Source: Dicyema japonicum
Lineage: Eukaryota; Animalia; Dicyemida
Assembly (NCBI GenBank): GCA_011109175.1
Contig: RDEW01000010.1
Coordinates: forward strand, 248,001-312,000
Direction: 5' to 3'
Length of the DNA stretch: 64,000 bases
Shown here in pieces: positions 26,397-38,809 of this stretch. Made by a program: the position numbers and the translations under genes. Every line of letters begins with the position of its first letter. Position 1 is the first letter of the stretch. Under the pieces are notes generated by a model. That model searched no databases. It saw only the letters and a list, made by a program, of their open reading frames with translations, and was not told the origin of the DNA.

Positions 26397-27030
26397 TTTT
26401 ATATAGGATTGAGGTTTTGTTTTTAGTATATCCATATTAGAGATAACTATCATGATTTTTTCTCTTCTATTAACTTATTATTTATAAGTACAATTTTCAA
26501 TTTATTTATATTTATTATTTATTTAGAACCCTGGGATCACCGAAAAAGTCAGAAAAAAACGTTAGACATTTAGGTAATCCTAGTTCATGCAATCAATCCA
26601 GCCATCCAATGTATGTGGTCTCTCATTGTTCCCATTTCCGTAAGAAAGAGCCTTCTCTCATCCCTGTAGAGGAATCCAATTGAGAAGGGTAATATTGTTA
26701 TGCTAATTGAATTTTATTTATCTATTTATTTTAATAACCCCGAGAACACCGAGAAAGAAAGACAAAAGAGTCAAACAGTTAGGTGATCCCAGTCCTCGCA
26801 ATCAATTGTGCCATTCGATGTCTGTGATCTTCCATCGTCCCACTACTTTTCGGAAGAGCTTTCTCTCGGTCTTGCAGAGGAATCCGATCGGGGAGGGGAA
26901 TTTCTTATCCAATCGGTTTTCTTGCCATGGGAAGGATCAGACAAGCGGATTTCCATCTTCCTCACAGACGCGAAGAAATCCGGAGCCACGACTACGGATC
27001 TTAGCTTCCATGAGTAGTGGGTCGACCATT
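26397..27030 (-). mobile_element. Two stacked 3' ends of the Ingi/Vingi-like LINE
   Basis: 26397-26690 is a third copy of the inner end of the duplication arms. 26720-27030 is a related GIT-stop 3' end. Confidence 0.7.
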
Positions 27031-27639
27031 TAACAGAATTTTATTACTTTATTATGTTAGTTGATGTAAAAAATAATTGTAAATACTTGAATAATTTTAT
27101 TCAAAATATCGAAAATTATTGTTCACATAATATTACTATGGATTATTTTCTAGAAAAAATTGTTAATAACCAAATTTTATGCCCAATTTGCGTCAATGAG
27201 ATACTCTTCCGTTTCTAATTTGAATAATTCAAAACTTAATGAATTTTCAAAAAGTACATCGATTCTACTAAAACGAAAGTACAGTTCAACAAACAAAATA
27301 TTTTTGTATTTAACATATCAAGAATGAGATAATTCTAATCAAAGTTGGAATATATCTCAAGATCGCCTAAAACAGGTGGAAGTAGAAAATTGTCACAAGT
27401 ATGACCTCCTCTCCAGTGAGCTTTTGATTCTCTATGATTGTCAAGTAAAGATTATCCAACTGGTTGGTTGAGTTGTCTCGAAATACTTCAAAAACTATAT
27501 GGATAAGCTATCTGTTGAAGGAGCAACGAAAACTTACATCCAGAGGGTTGTGTTGAAAAGGACTCTCGAATGCATGCTAATCGAACACAAACACGTGATG
27601 AAGGTTTCTGATGAAGAGTAAACCTCTATACCTCACAAC

Positions 27640-28330
27640 TTGAACTGACATGACATTTTCCGTAAGGAATCCAATTGGACTCTAATAGAGATATTTCGAT
27701 TGACTCTGATGTCGAAATGGGGAATAAGAGAGAGTTCGTGGCACACAATTCTTTTAGAGAAGGTGAGGGCTTACCATCGATCTGGATTAAAATCAGCTTA
27801 ATTAGATCATTTACTCGTTTTACTTTTTTAAGCATAAAATTTCCTCTTATGTTGTTTGTCGAATAAAAGAAAAATCTCTCCTACGTGGCTCGAGGTCTTA
27901 TAGAGAACTCTGTGCAGTGACCACAGAATTGTGTCTGCAAAATTCTACATAAAAGCTGGTCTAACAGCGGAGATGTCGCGGCTGACAAACACCTTTGGAA
28001 ACTTAAACGGCACAGCAACCAGCGTGACCCAGATGTACCAGCCTTATTGAACTTGCAGAAGGATTTAAGGATCAGATTTGAAAATACTATGGATCCACAA
28101 ACTGTTTCCAAACTGAAACAAGAACGAAGGAAAATCGAGAGAAAAATCAAACTCTTAAACAAGCAACATCACACCAACCAGTTGGAAAACAAGATTAAAG
28201 AGGTCGAACACTTTAAAAACAACACTGCAATTGAGACTAATGCAGAGAAGAACCAGTAAAAGAAGCTTCTATGGTCATCGAACAGGAAAGGATTGGAGAG
28301 ATTAGTATCGAGGATCATGCAGATGCAGCA
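27640..28330 (+). mobile_element. RTE-like LINE fragment (APE end and linker)
   Basis: QLDYFT..SYVARG..SDHRIVSAKF-like APE C-terminus; homologous to 39290-39890. Confidence 0.6.
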
Positions 28331-28672
28331 CGAAAATAATTATAGTCTTATGATTCTATGTTGTTGATCATAGTAGTACTATAAAACCATATGGTGACCA
28401 TATCGGAGGCGCACACAACTTCCAGAGGTAGAGAAACTCCGCTTTCATCAATGTTCATTGGCAAACATCCAGAAACTAGTTGATATTTAGTTTTTTAATG
28501 AAATCAATAGAAACGAAGTCATGTGTCATTTTGAAGCACAAACGAGTGGCTTAAATTTTCGAAATGGTTATAAAATGTAATTTCCACAATTGTTTGTTCC
28601 CGTTGGTAGGTGTGATCCTCTTTTTATTGTTGAAAGCTAAAAGTCGAGGTTCGGGTGGTCCGGTGTTTTACA

Positions 28673-29788
28673 TCATTTTTTGTACAAAAATCTGTTTGTA
28701 CGGACTATCAAAGATAGAACATTTTATCAAAACGGTTTTATTTTATTAAGAATTTTGAGTTAGCATTCTGGCGATGTGTCGCAGTGGCCTAATGGTCCCT
28801 AGTTCGAATCCCCAACTGTACCTTTTTGGTTTAAGGCTCCATAGATGTATGATGAATTGGCTTGATGAGTGACGCCGTAATCAGTGAAAATCTCACTGCG
28901 GAACGGAATTTTCTATAAAAGACATAATAATCTTGTATTTCTTCCAAGTTTATTAAACAGGAACATCAGACAGAAACAGTATAGTTCGTCGTTGTTCTGA
29001 TAAAATATTAAGCTCGCCTTGTTCTGGCGATATTACAAACCCGCCACGGCATAAGATTTGATGCAACATTTTTTGCGAAGGGATCCAGTGAGATGAGAAA
29101 ATATACCTATATTTTTAAATTTTTATCATTAAAATATTAACAATAAAAGATAAATCAACGAGCTTGTATGACCAGACTATTTCCTATGACAATAGATATC
29201 GAGATACGATCTCGAAACCATCCAGTCTCACGTAGATTCTCAGTGACCCGAATTCGAAAAAGTGACTAAATTAAAAAATTATTATTGGTAGAATTTTCAT
29301 ATTAGTATCTTATGCACTAATGATTTTATCTTCATATAAAAATTCGTTTTGCTGTTCTATTTTAGGCATTTCCGCTTTATGGATTTTGCTGTTACATGTT
29401 ATTTCCCATTAAACTTTCATTTCAAAACATTATATTTGCGGGGTTTTTACATCATTTGTAGTTATTTTGTGAAGTATCACTTCATAGATTTTCACCTCTT
29501 CGGACTTGGTCACCTTTTAGCGACTTGGATCGTGTTTAGTAAATCATTTTTTGTACAAAAATCTGTCTGTACGGACTATCAAGATAGAACATTTTTATCA
29601 AACGGTTTTATTTATTAAGAATTTTGAGCCAGTATTCTGGCCATGTGTCGCAGTGGCCTCAAGGTCCCTGGTTCGAATCCCCAACTGTACCTTTTCGGTT
29701 TAAGGCTCCATACATGTAAGATAAATTGGCTTGATGAGTGACGCCGTAATCAGTGAAAATCTCACTGCGGAACGGAATTTTCTATAAA
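28673..29788 (+). repeat. ~250-bp direct duplication (28673-28920 and 29544-29788) containing a SINE 5' part and its upstream flank
   Basis: Both copies start CATTTTTT(T)GTACAAAAATCTG and end GGAATTTTCTATAAA. Confidence 0.9.
28770..28920 (+). mobile_element. tRNA-derived SINE (3'-truncated copy)
   Basis: A-box-like TGTCGCAGTGG, B-box GTTCGAATCCC, family core motif. Confidence 0.7.
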
Positions 29789-29925
29789 GGAATAAACACA
29801 ACAAGAAAAAAGAAATCAGAATTATTCCTTCTCCCACTACGATTCTATACTTAAATAAAGTGTGTGTTATGCCTGGAATGAGTAAAAAGCTAATATGCTC
29901 TGTAAAAGTGCAATTTTTTATTATA
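29639..29925 (+). mobile_element. tRNA-derived SINE, apparently full length
   Basis: A-box-like, GGTTCGAATCCC, core motif, and a 3' part shared with 39018-39262 ending in a TTA-rich tail. Confidence 0.78.
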
Positions 29926-30059
29926 GTCTAATACTTAAAAGAAGAGAAGTTATCATTAGGGCAACCCAAATGCTATAAATTTCTATTTAATAAAAATATA
30001 CAAAAAAATTGTATTTGTTAAAATTATTATTATTATTAACCAAAGAACGTCTACGTCAC

Positions 30060-30845
30060 TTTTTACCTCTGACAAAAGATTGGGAAGGAAGACAGTCACC
30101 TTGAAGTTAAACAAGGTAACACTTCCATGATACTACATAATGGGACCGTCCATATCTTTCATAAATAAGAGGAAAATTGAGGAAAATGCAAAAGAGGGTT
30201 TACAGAGTAACGGAGCGTTGGATTTGTGAAGATCATCGAACCGGACCTACGCCTCTGGAGGGCCTTATGACATTAGACTCCAGATCACGGGAAGGTGGCT
30301 TTGAAAATTCAGGTAGCTTCATTGTACATTCATGCGCGGGCACGAAGGATGAATACCTAGCAAAGATGAGGTCGCTGTTAGAATGCATCGGGATTACGTG
30401 ATAATTAGTTTGGTTTTACCGTTGTTGGTTAAATAAATTAAAAATTACTAAATTAATTAAATGATCTCGAAGGCCACAATCAAATTCTTCATCCTCTCCT
30501 TGTGCGCCTTCTGGGATCCAACACAACTTCTCTGTGGGCGAGATGAGAATAAAAATTGAGAAGGGTGATGTATACCCTTCTCATAAGACAGGTCCTGGTT
30601 GTGTACTGTTGGGAGCTGCACTGCCTCCACGGGGAAGTAAATCCCTTTCCATTTTGTCGAATAAGGTCTCCAAGATGAGGAGATTAATATTTCTAGTTCC
30701 CCGAGATTACTAATAGTAGTGGATGTCAAGGACTGAATGTTGCTGATTTTTTCCAGGACTGATTGATTTCCCATAACGCACAGGTAGCTGACATATGGCT
30801 CAATGAATTGTTTGTACAAAAATTTCAATGCTGGAAAAAGGGTAT
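30060..30845. mobile_element. Two tail-to-tail 3' fragments of the Ingi/Vingi-like LINE (30060-30440 +, 30450-30845 -)
   Basis: SCAGTKDEY...IGIT* on plus; YKQFIEPYVSY...RSCVGSQKAH on minus. Confidence 0.7.
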
Positions 30846-30916
30846 TAATGCCACCAAAAATAGATTTAATATTTTCTTAGAATTTATTTGTTAAATTGTT
30901 CGATTATGCTATAGTA

Positions 30917-33773
30917 GCGTGCGTCATGTGGTTCACCGTTTCTGGTGGCGTCGGATATAGTCCTAAACTATATCTAAAAAGAACCATTTGCTCTCTACCA
31001 ACCAGAGGACTTCCCATTGGACGGCATTCTCTCACTGTTGGAACATTCTATCGATGAGACTGTTGACCTCAGGAGACGTGGAACAAAACCCAGGCCCAAA
31101 GAAGTTAACAATCCAAAGCTTAAACATAAACGGGATCAGAGGAGAAATTGCCGAACTTTCCTTATTCTTGGAGAGGAACAGAGTGGACATCTGCCTTCTC
31201 CTGGAAACGAAACTTTCAAATAACATTCCTACTCCTCTCTTTAACGGATACAACACAGTAAGATCCGACCGCCCATCTGGCCAAGGAGGGGGTCTACTGA
31301 CTCTTGTGAGAAAAGGAATAAAATACCTCGAGAACCCTTCTCTTTACAAGAGCTTAATGGAAGACTCGAACACGGAGATAATTGGAATCTCTGTTATAAC
31401 TTCCATTGGAAAAATTGAAATTGCGAATGTTTATGTTCCTCCTCCTGGCTCCTGCAAGAAAAATTTCTCCTTTGACCTATCTACCTTGGACAAACTGGAG
31501 AACTTGCTTTTATGTGGAGACCTTAATGCGAAGCACCCTTCTTGGTTCCGCTACCAATCCGCTGATAACAGAGGAAACCTGCTATTATCCCAAATGCAAA
31601 ACTTAATAATCATCAACAACCCGAAAAGAACACTAGGACACCATACAACACGAAGGACATGGTGACATCTCCGGACTTATCCGTCTGCTCACCTCGTCTT
31701 TCCACGATCATTAATTGGACGGTCCGTTATGACCTCCGGAGCGACCACCATTCAATGTTAATGAAGCTGAACTGCGAGCCACGCTTTGTACCGAAGCCTA
31801 TTCATTTCTATGATTACAAAAATGCAAATTGGACTGGCTTTACAAATTTCGTTGATTCAAAACTGCAACATTTCCAATCTGAAAATTTCTCCTCCATAGA
31901 CAAAGCTATACTATTTCAACAAACAATCATTGACGGAAGAAATATTTTTATCAGAAAAGCATATATAAAAAACGAAAAATTGAAATACGACTCAAAAACA
32001 AGGAAAATAATTATGGAAAGAAACAACCTTAAGAAAATGATACATCGTTCACGAGAGGTTATTAATCGAATCAGGTCACTAAACATTCTTATCACGAAAA
32101 GCACAAACAACACCCAAAGGAAGAAACTCATGCGAATCTCTGCTGCCATGAATAACCAGACCTCAATTTCCAACATGTGGAAGATGTTGAGGCGTCTGAA
32201 GAACCCAGAATACGAAGATAACAAAGAACAATGCCAGCTCAATCTGAATAAATATATGAAACATTGTATTCGAATCAGTCACATTCCTTATAAAAAGATT
32301 AACACACAAACGAAAATAAAGAGAAAGCCATCCAAATTTGCCCCGCTGATTTATTTTCTCCCTAAAGATGTATCCAAAGCAATATCAAATCAGAAAAAAA
32401 CAAACTCATGTGGCCCAGACGGAATTCCTCTTATTCTGCTGAAACACTTGGGCCCAGCATCAATAAATGCATTAACAACATCTACAACACATCGCTGAAC
32501 AAATACCATACCGACTTTATGGAAACTATCAAAAATTCGACCAATATTGAAGCCGGGAAGACCGAAGAACGATCCCGGCTCTTACAGACCAGTTTCCCTT
32601 ATATGTGTTTTGTCGAGGATCCTGGAGAAACTGGTCCTAAAAGTTATTCGCCCTTTTCTCCCACAACCTACATTCCAACATGGCTTCAAGGAAGGATTAT
32701 CAACAACCTCCTTCCTAACAACATTAATGAAGTTCATAACTGAAGGACACAAGAACAAGCCAAAACAGGAAAAATCGGTCATATGTACGATCGATATTCA
32801 AAAAGCTTTCGACTCTGTCCCAAGGAAGATCCTCATACGAAAAATATTTTTGACAAAAATTGATGCACCATTAAAGTTATGGTTAGCAAATTTCGTAAGT
32901 GGACGCCGAGGGAAAGTATCCGTCGGAAACAAGAGTTCCAGATCGGGATTATTACCCAATGGTGTACCCCAAGGATCTCCTCTGTCACCAATCCTTTTTA
33001 ATTTGTTTTTGAGTGATCTCCCCGTACCTATGAATAATAATGACATGCTACTTTCCTATGCCGATGACATAGTTGTCGCATCTAGAGACGTAAACGTCGA
33101 ACATGCTAAGAAAGACTACAAGGAATACTAAATAACATATTTGGATGGTTGTGCGAGAATCGATTAAATGCATGTTCCGAAAAGTCAGCAGTCACTCTAT
33201 TTACTAAGAATAGAAAGATGGGAACGCAAACAATTGATGTCATGTTAAATGGAGTACCTATACCACAAAAGAAATCGCAGAAGATACTGGGAGTAACTTT
33301 TGATACTTTCCTCTGCTTCTCAGCCCATGTGGAATCTATCATATCAACCTGTGCAAAGAAAATAAATTTTTAAAGGCCTTCTTTTGGAACTGTGGAGGAA
33401 TTTATCTGCCAGGTATCGGGACCCTCTACAAGCAGTATGTCGAGCCAACAATAGGCTGTGCATGTGCCGCATGGGGATCTAACCTGTCCGCAACGAACCT
33501 AACAAAAATTCAAGATATCCAGTCAAGAGCAAAAAATTACTAGAAAAATATACAGATAAAGAAATTGCCCCCAGAGCACTCGAGTCTATCATAGAGGCAA
33601 CTGGAGGCAATTTCAGAAGAGGAAAGGAAAAAGACCCCCGTCCGTATAGAAAATGCGTGGGATCACAGTCGGAGCATCGAGAAAAGATGGCCCGATTATT
33701 GAGAGATGCCGGGATCACCTGAATATTAGTTATTGGTTAAGACGGTGTTTCTTTGGCTTAAATAATAATAATT
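30917..33773 (+). mobile_element. Near full-length single-ORF APE-RT non-LTR retrotransposon (Ingi/Vingi-like)
   Basis: Structured 5' leader, 2A motif, APE (SLNING, LLETKL, GDLNAKH, SDH), RT (GPDGI, SYRPVSL, DIQKAFD, GVPQGSPLSP, YADD), GIT* end and (AAT)n tail. No ORF1 or RNase H seen. Several frameshifts. Clade name is inferred from architecture. Confidence 0.88.
31060..31098 (+). other. 2A / StopGo ribosome-skipping peptide
   Basis: LLTSGDVEQNPGP matches D(V/I)ExNPG|P and is in frame directly before the APE domain. Confidence 0.9.
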
Positions 33774-34204
33774 GTAATTAACTTTGGAAAAAATTGCTTA
33801 TAAAAATTTGACATGAGGTAGGTTAAAAGTGTTCAAACCTTGTCTGAAACTTACAGTGATAGTTGGCCAAGTTATAATTGAAGAGGAATTTTACAGAAAA
33901 CCAGCTGAAACATCAGAACTTGTGTAAAACAGATTTCTGCAGAAAAAAATGTTGATGGTTACTTGAAGTTTCCTATTAAAATAATTGTAACAGTGGAGAA
34001 TATAGGATCTATAAAATGTGTCGAAATAGAATTTGTGTAGCAAACAACTGAGCTAAAGCTAAAAAAATTTATTTATTAATTTATTTTATTAACCCCGAAA
34101 TCACGAAAAAGAGGATAAAAGTCATCCTATAATTAAGTGATCTCGGTGTCCATACCAGTCCTTTTCATGCGCTGAAATAAATCACAGTAATGTTGAGTTA
34201 TTAA

Positions 34205-35535
34205 TTTTTTTTTTTTTAAATCAAAAATTTATTAACAATAAAATATTATTTATTAACTATGGGTGAGAGCGGCTGCTGACATCACGGAGTAATCGTTTCC
34301 GCGAATAACTGCGATACCAATTCTTTGCCTCAGCCAGCTTCCCGCACGTCTTTCTTGCGGTGGGCCAATTTTCCCCCGATTTCCTTTAGGAAAGAGGCTG
34401 TAATACTTCCAGCCGCACCAGACGTCTCGATTGCTACCGATACAAAACGGTAGCGGTCTCCAATTTCGCCATATTTTTTAATCTTGATTTTTTCGGCCAG
34501 ATCGGCTGCCAATCCAGCAGACTGAGAAAGAGTTCGAGAAAGAATCCACAACAGTGCAGTCCCATACGAGCGATTTTCCCGCAGTGAACGGAAAGATAGT
34601 TAACCCATCCGGTCTTTTCCCATCTCCGCGGTCCAATCCCACAGGTTCCAGTACTGCCGGGAAGCCTGCCGCTTCAAGAGCTCGCAAGACAATGTTGTTC
34701 ATAGCAGCATGACGGGGTGCTCTGCCCGCACTCCTTTTGCACGAGAGCGGGTGCAGCCCTTTGGCATCGACGATCCCTCCACAGCGACATTGGTGTTCGA
34801 CGCAAACATCAGCTCCCAAGCGTTGTGCGATTCCAATCCGAATACAGTCATCGTCCAATAGGGTGCCCAGGGAGGAAGACGGGAGTGCATCCAGCCACGC
34901 TCCGCTTCCATGGTTGGCGGCAGACACGAGGCATGCAAGACGATGCTGGTTGGCCTCAGATTTTAGCACGTCGAAGATATTCTTGGAGTAAATATCATCC
35001 CAGTCACGTTGCTTCGAAGGATCGTTCGGCATATCCAAACCAGTTTCACACCATTTGCAACGAGCTTCGTCGAAGACTTTTTCCCAAGAGAGTTTGGTTG
35101 TAATACGTAGGATTTCTTGGACCAAAAGGCTTCCACTTAAGAGCGATGACACATATGCTGGATAGGCGATCTCCAGCGCCGACCTGAGACTCGTTCCTCC
35201 GAGGCGTGTAGGAAGCTTTCATTGGTTCCAACTCGGCGCATCAAAGTGGATGTTTAGAAGTAATTCAGCTGATTTTCTCAATGTCCTATCCAGTGACAGG
35301 AGGATGTCACAATGTTTGAAGCAGGGAGAACATCGGAGAGCATATAGGAGTTTGGGCAAGCCGATGCTATTTTTCAAAAGGAAGAACGCTGTATGACCAT
35401 CGAGTAAGGAGAGTTTCTCCGTGACTCTGGAGAGTTCATTCTCTTTTGTTTGTAGATGGCTCCGCAGTTCCTTTTCGTCAAGTGGGCACCCAAGAAAGTA
35501 TGTCCGCTCCCTGGGTACGACAGTTATTAATTCAT
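34205..35535 (-). mobile_element. CRE-like RLE non-LTR retrotransposon, 3' half with poly(A)
   Basis: SGAWLDALP, CRCG..VD..GLHPLSC, RH, KRPDG, VWDCTVVD, K..KY; oligo(T) at 34205-34217 on the plus strand. Confidence 0.88.
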
Positions 35536-35646
35536 TCAAAAAATAAAAAAAGAATTAACAAAAAATAATAAATTTAATAATGTAAATTTAATTACTAATT
35601 TAAATTTAAAAATAAATTTACAACACGTTTCATTGCTTCTCTATGT

Positions 35647-36094
35647 ATGCAAGATTATTACAAGGTTATTGGGTGTAATCACAAAGCCTCAGTTTCTGAA
35701 TTAAAAAAACGCCATTAAAGTTAAAGTAATAAAAATAATTCATTTAGTTGAAATTATTGTCATTTCATCCCGATCATATAGGAAATAACAGCAAAATAAA
35801 GGAATGCCAGGAAATTCTTCTTATCAAAGAAGTCATTCTTGACGAATGTAAACGGAGAGAGTACGACGAAAAGTTGAAGATGTTCAGAATATCGCAACAG
35901 CCTTTTATTTTCGAGTCCGTGACTATGAAGGTCTGACCAATTTGGAGAATGATTTTACGTATTTATGCAGATGTGGGGAGTACTATCTCATTGATAAAGA
36001 AGATATTGAAAATCAAGTCGAGCTAATTCCATGCAGTGGATGTTCTTATTTTTATTTGTTGACTATTTTTAAATATTTTTATTCACTTGTTTGA
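35647..36094 (+). CDS. DPH4: Diphthamide biosynthesis J-protein (DnaJ + CSL zinc finger)
   Basis: MQDYYKVIG...FHPD...RREYD, then CRCG...CSGCS. One ~28-nt intron; two single-base frameshifts (~35705, ~35931) as assembled. Confidence 0.85.
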
Positions 36095-36917
36095 TAACGT
36101 GTGAACTAATATTTTTAGTTAACCTGAGACACGTGGACTAATATTTGGTTTGTATAGTAGACACGTAATATATATTTGTATAGTAGCATGTGGAATAATA
36201 ATTATGCCGTTTTGATAGCCAATCGCATGTAGACTAGTCGTTTACCCTGCTTTATTATTTCCCATAAAATTCTGATTTTTAATAAATAATTCTACTAAGA
36301 TAAATGTTCGATATTTTTAGATATGTTTTGTTTACGAAATGAGACTCGATGGATGAAGAATCTTCATATTTATCAGGTTTCGTATTGTGGCATCACATGA
36401 TAGACCATGAACCATGTCAGATGCAAGGAACTTTCAGTGGGAATGGACATGAAGATTCGAACCACGAAACATTTCTTTTGATACAATTGCTGGATCCAAT
36501 GCAACTATCGCTTCGCTACGGAAGAATCGGAATACGCTCATCACTAGAACTCGCTCTTCTGGCCTTTCTATCTTCGAAATATGCTTCTAGCTGTCGCACA
36601 CGACAGCTCCTACGCTAGATTAACGAAGTTAGATTATAGTCTTTTTGGAAGTATCAATAAGACTCTGAGGCATCGGTTCTGTATCACCTCCAATTTCCTC
36701 AGAACTAATATGGAGAGCGGGGCGATCCATGCCACATCAGCGTATTGAAAACTCGGTGAAATAGAATGTTCGTATAGCAACTCCAACGAAGGTATGAAAA
36801 ATACCAAAGAATACGAAAAACCCTTAAGAATTCACATTTTTTGGACCATAAATGAAATTTTTTTGACCATGGAAACTAATATATATTAGAAATATAAATA
36901 AAATATTTATTAGTCAA

Positions 36918-38221
36918 CTATTCGATAGCTGTAAAAACAGTTTTTGATGACATAAATGAATCACTGTTATCAAATAGTAGACAATCTCGGATATAAAAAA
37001 ATAGTCTACATTCCTCTGAGAAATTCAGAGTAACTGACAAGAATTGGGGAACATTATAGAATTGGTATTTATATGGGGGTAGAACCTCATATCCAGTCTC
37101 ATTTACGAGAGAAAAGATAATAGTACTGTTTTCCACCAAAAAACAAATTCCGAGAATTAAGAAAGACAAAACCTTGTTTTAGAAATTCCATGATTTTCAT
37201 GTTTTAATGGAATTTTTAAAATCGATTTGGGGAGATCCTTAGTTTAATCATATCAGAAGGAGGATACACATACATGGACATGGGGACTGTGATCCCCAAT
37301 CAGACTGAAATGAGTATATAGGAAACACAAGAGAAGGAATGCAGACAGTTTTCCTCAGAAATTTTTAACTTACCACCAAATTTGTCGAGCAATTGATCTT
37401 CCTCAATACATTCAAGGAGCATTAATACCTGATCCTACGATTCATCAGAAAGTGACCTTTAAGGATACTGACCTTAGCAGCAGTCCTAGAATCTACTATT
37501 TTAGTCAACAGTGAGTATATGACTGAGAAGATACTGGGAACTACAAAGTCATAAAAGGATCCACCGTTTATCAAAAATGATTTATACAAAGTCTCTGGGT
37601 ACAGATTTGAGAATATTGATTGAAGAACGATGAGGATTGTTATGGCAGGTCCCTTTATGACATCGAGACTCAATCCTTGAAGGTCAGAGATAACAATAAT
37701 CTGCCTTATGTCTACCATTCTGTTTGTTAGTACAAATGTACTTTAATAGAATCGGATTTCATTTTTTTAAATATCCCGTCGAGCATTTTAATCTTACATT
37801 TGATAATATCAGCGATTGTTATCGATTTGGAGATCCCTAGAGAGAAATCATACCCAAAACCCCTCCAATCACTTCTAAAAAATCTGATCGTACCATACTG
37901 GACGTGTTCTTTGTCATGACCACAAAATATGCCTCCAACGTGCTTCAAGTATACTTCTGGGCAAACAAAGTCGGAGATCCTCATATTGCAGAGATTTCAT
38001 CGTCTTCTTTGCCTAAAATTAAGCAGTTCCCAAACGTTTCTAAGCATCTTTTCCGCTTCATCTAAGTCCATGTTTCTTGCTTTAAATTATTGCAGAGAAA
38101 ACCTGAGAGGAATCTATTAATGTAATCATCGTCATCTTCCTGAGAGAGCAGGCCATCCAGTCGAACCCTTAGTTGCTTAATATTGTCAGAATTCATCAGG
38201 TAATTAAAATCGGAGCGTCAT
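36918..38221 (-). CDS. SEC14-like CRAL-TRIO + GOLD domain lipid-binding protein
   Basis: DDDYINRFLSARNMDLDEAEKML, ISDLQGLS, NLYPETLYKSFLIN, FDNSDSF.SKTV; several ~23-25-nt introns; start codon uncertain. Confidence 0.85.
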
Positions 38222-38809
38222 TTTTGTATTTGAATTAAATATTTTTTGTAATTTTTAAAAATTACTTTTTATTAATTAAAAAAATTCCTTGCCCATCAGA
38301 CACCCGTCTTCCATAGACTTACCGTTTAGAGACAAGAGCAGAAGTTTCTTGGAAGAGGTGCTGTCTCTCGATGAACACAGGACAAAAATAACAAGGTGAT
38401 CGGAGAAACCTGGATCACCTAACTAGTTCGGTTACTATCACATTCTTCATGGAATTTTTCTCAGGATGATGTAAAATAAAAAATTAAAAAAATGGTCTTT
38501 TATGTCTACTTGTTCAATCTGTAAACTTGGAATGGCAAGATTGTAGACTATCATTAAAAACTCATGTTTGTAATCCATTTATCTGATATGGACAAATGTG
38601 GACATTATCCTTCTCCTTAGTAACTTAGGTTCATACTAAATGTCCTGGATCTATTTTTTGAAGAGCTCTTATGAAAAAGGCGTAAATGAGAACGAAACGG
38701 ATAATAAACTTCACTGAAAAATTTAATTTTTTTAACTTAATTATTACGGATTGTCGAAATTCGATGTATAGTGGAATATCAATAGTATTGAGATCTCATT
38801 GATTGTTTT

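Noticed and set aside
28770-28816. tRNA gene
   Set aside because: A and B boxes are present but the anticodon arm is missing and no cloverleaf forms; it is a SINE head.
35700-35940. Stop-codon reassignment or Euplotes-type programmed frameshifting
   Set aside because: TAA, TAG and TGA all end genes normally. Interruptions are resolved by introns or single indels and lack a common AAA-stop motif.
36095-36235. Degenerate ~25-30-bp repeats (ACACGTGGACTAATATTT-like)
   Set aside because: Too short and irregular to assign a function.
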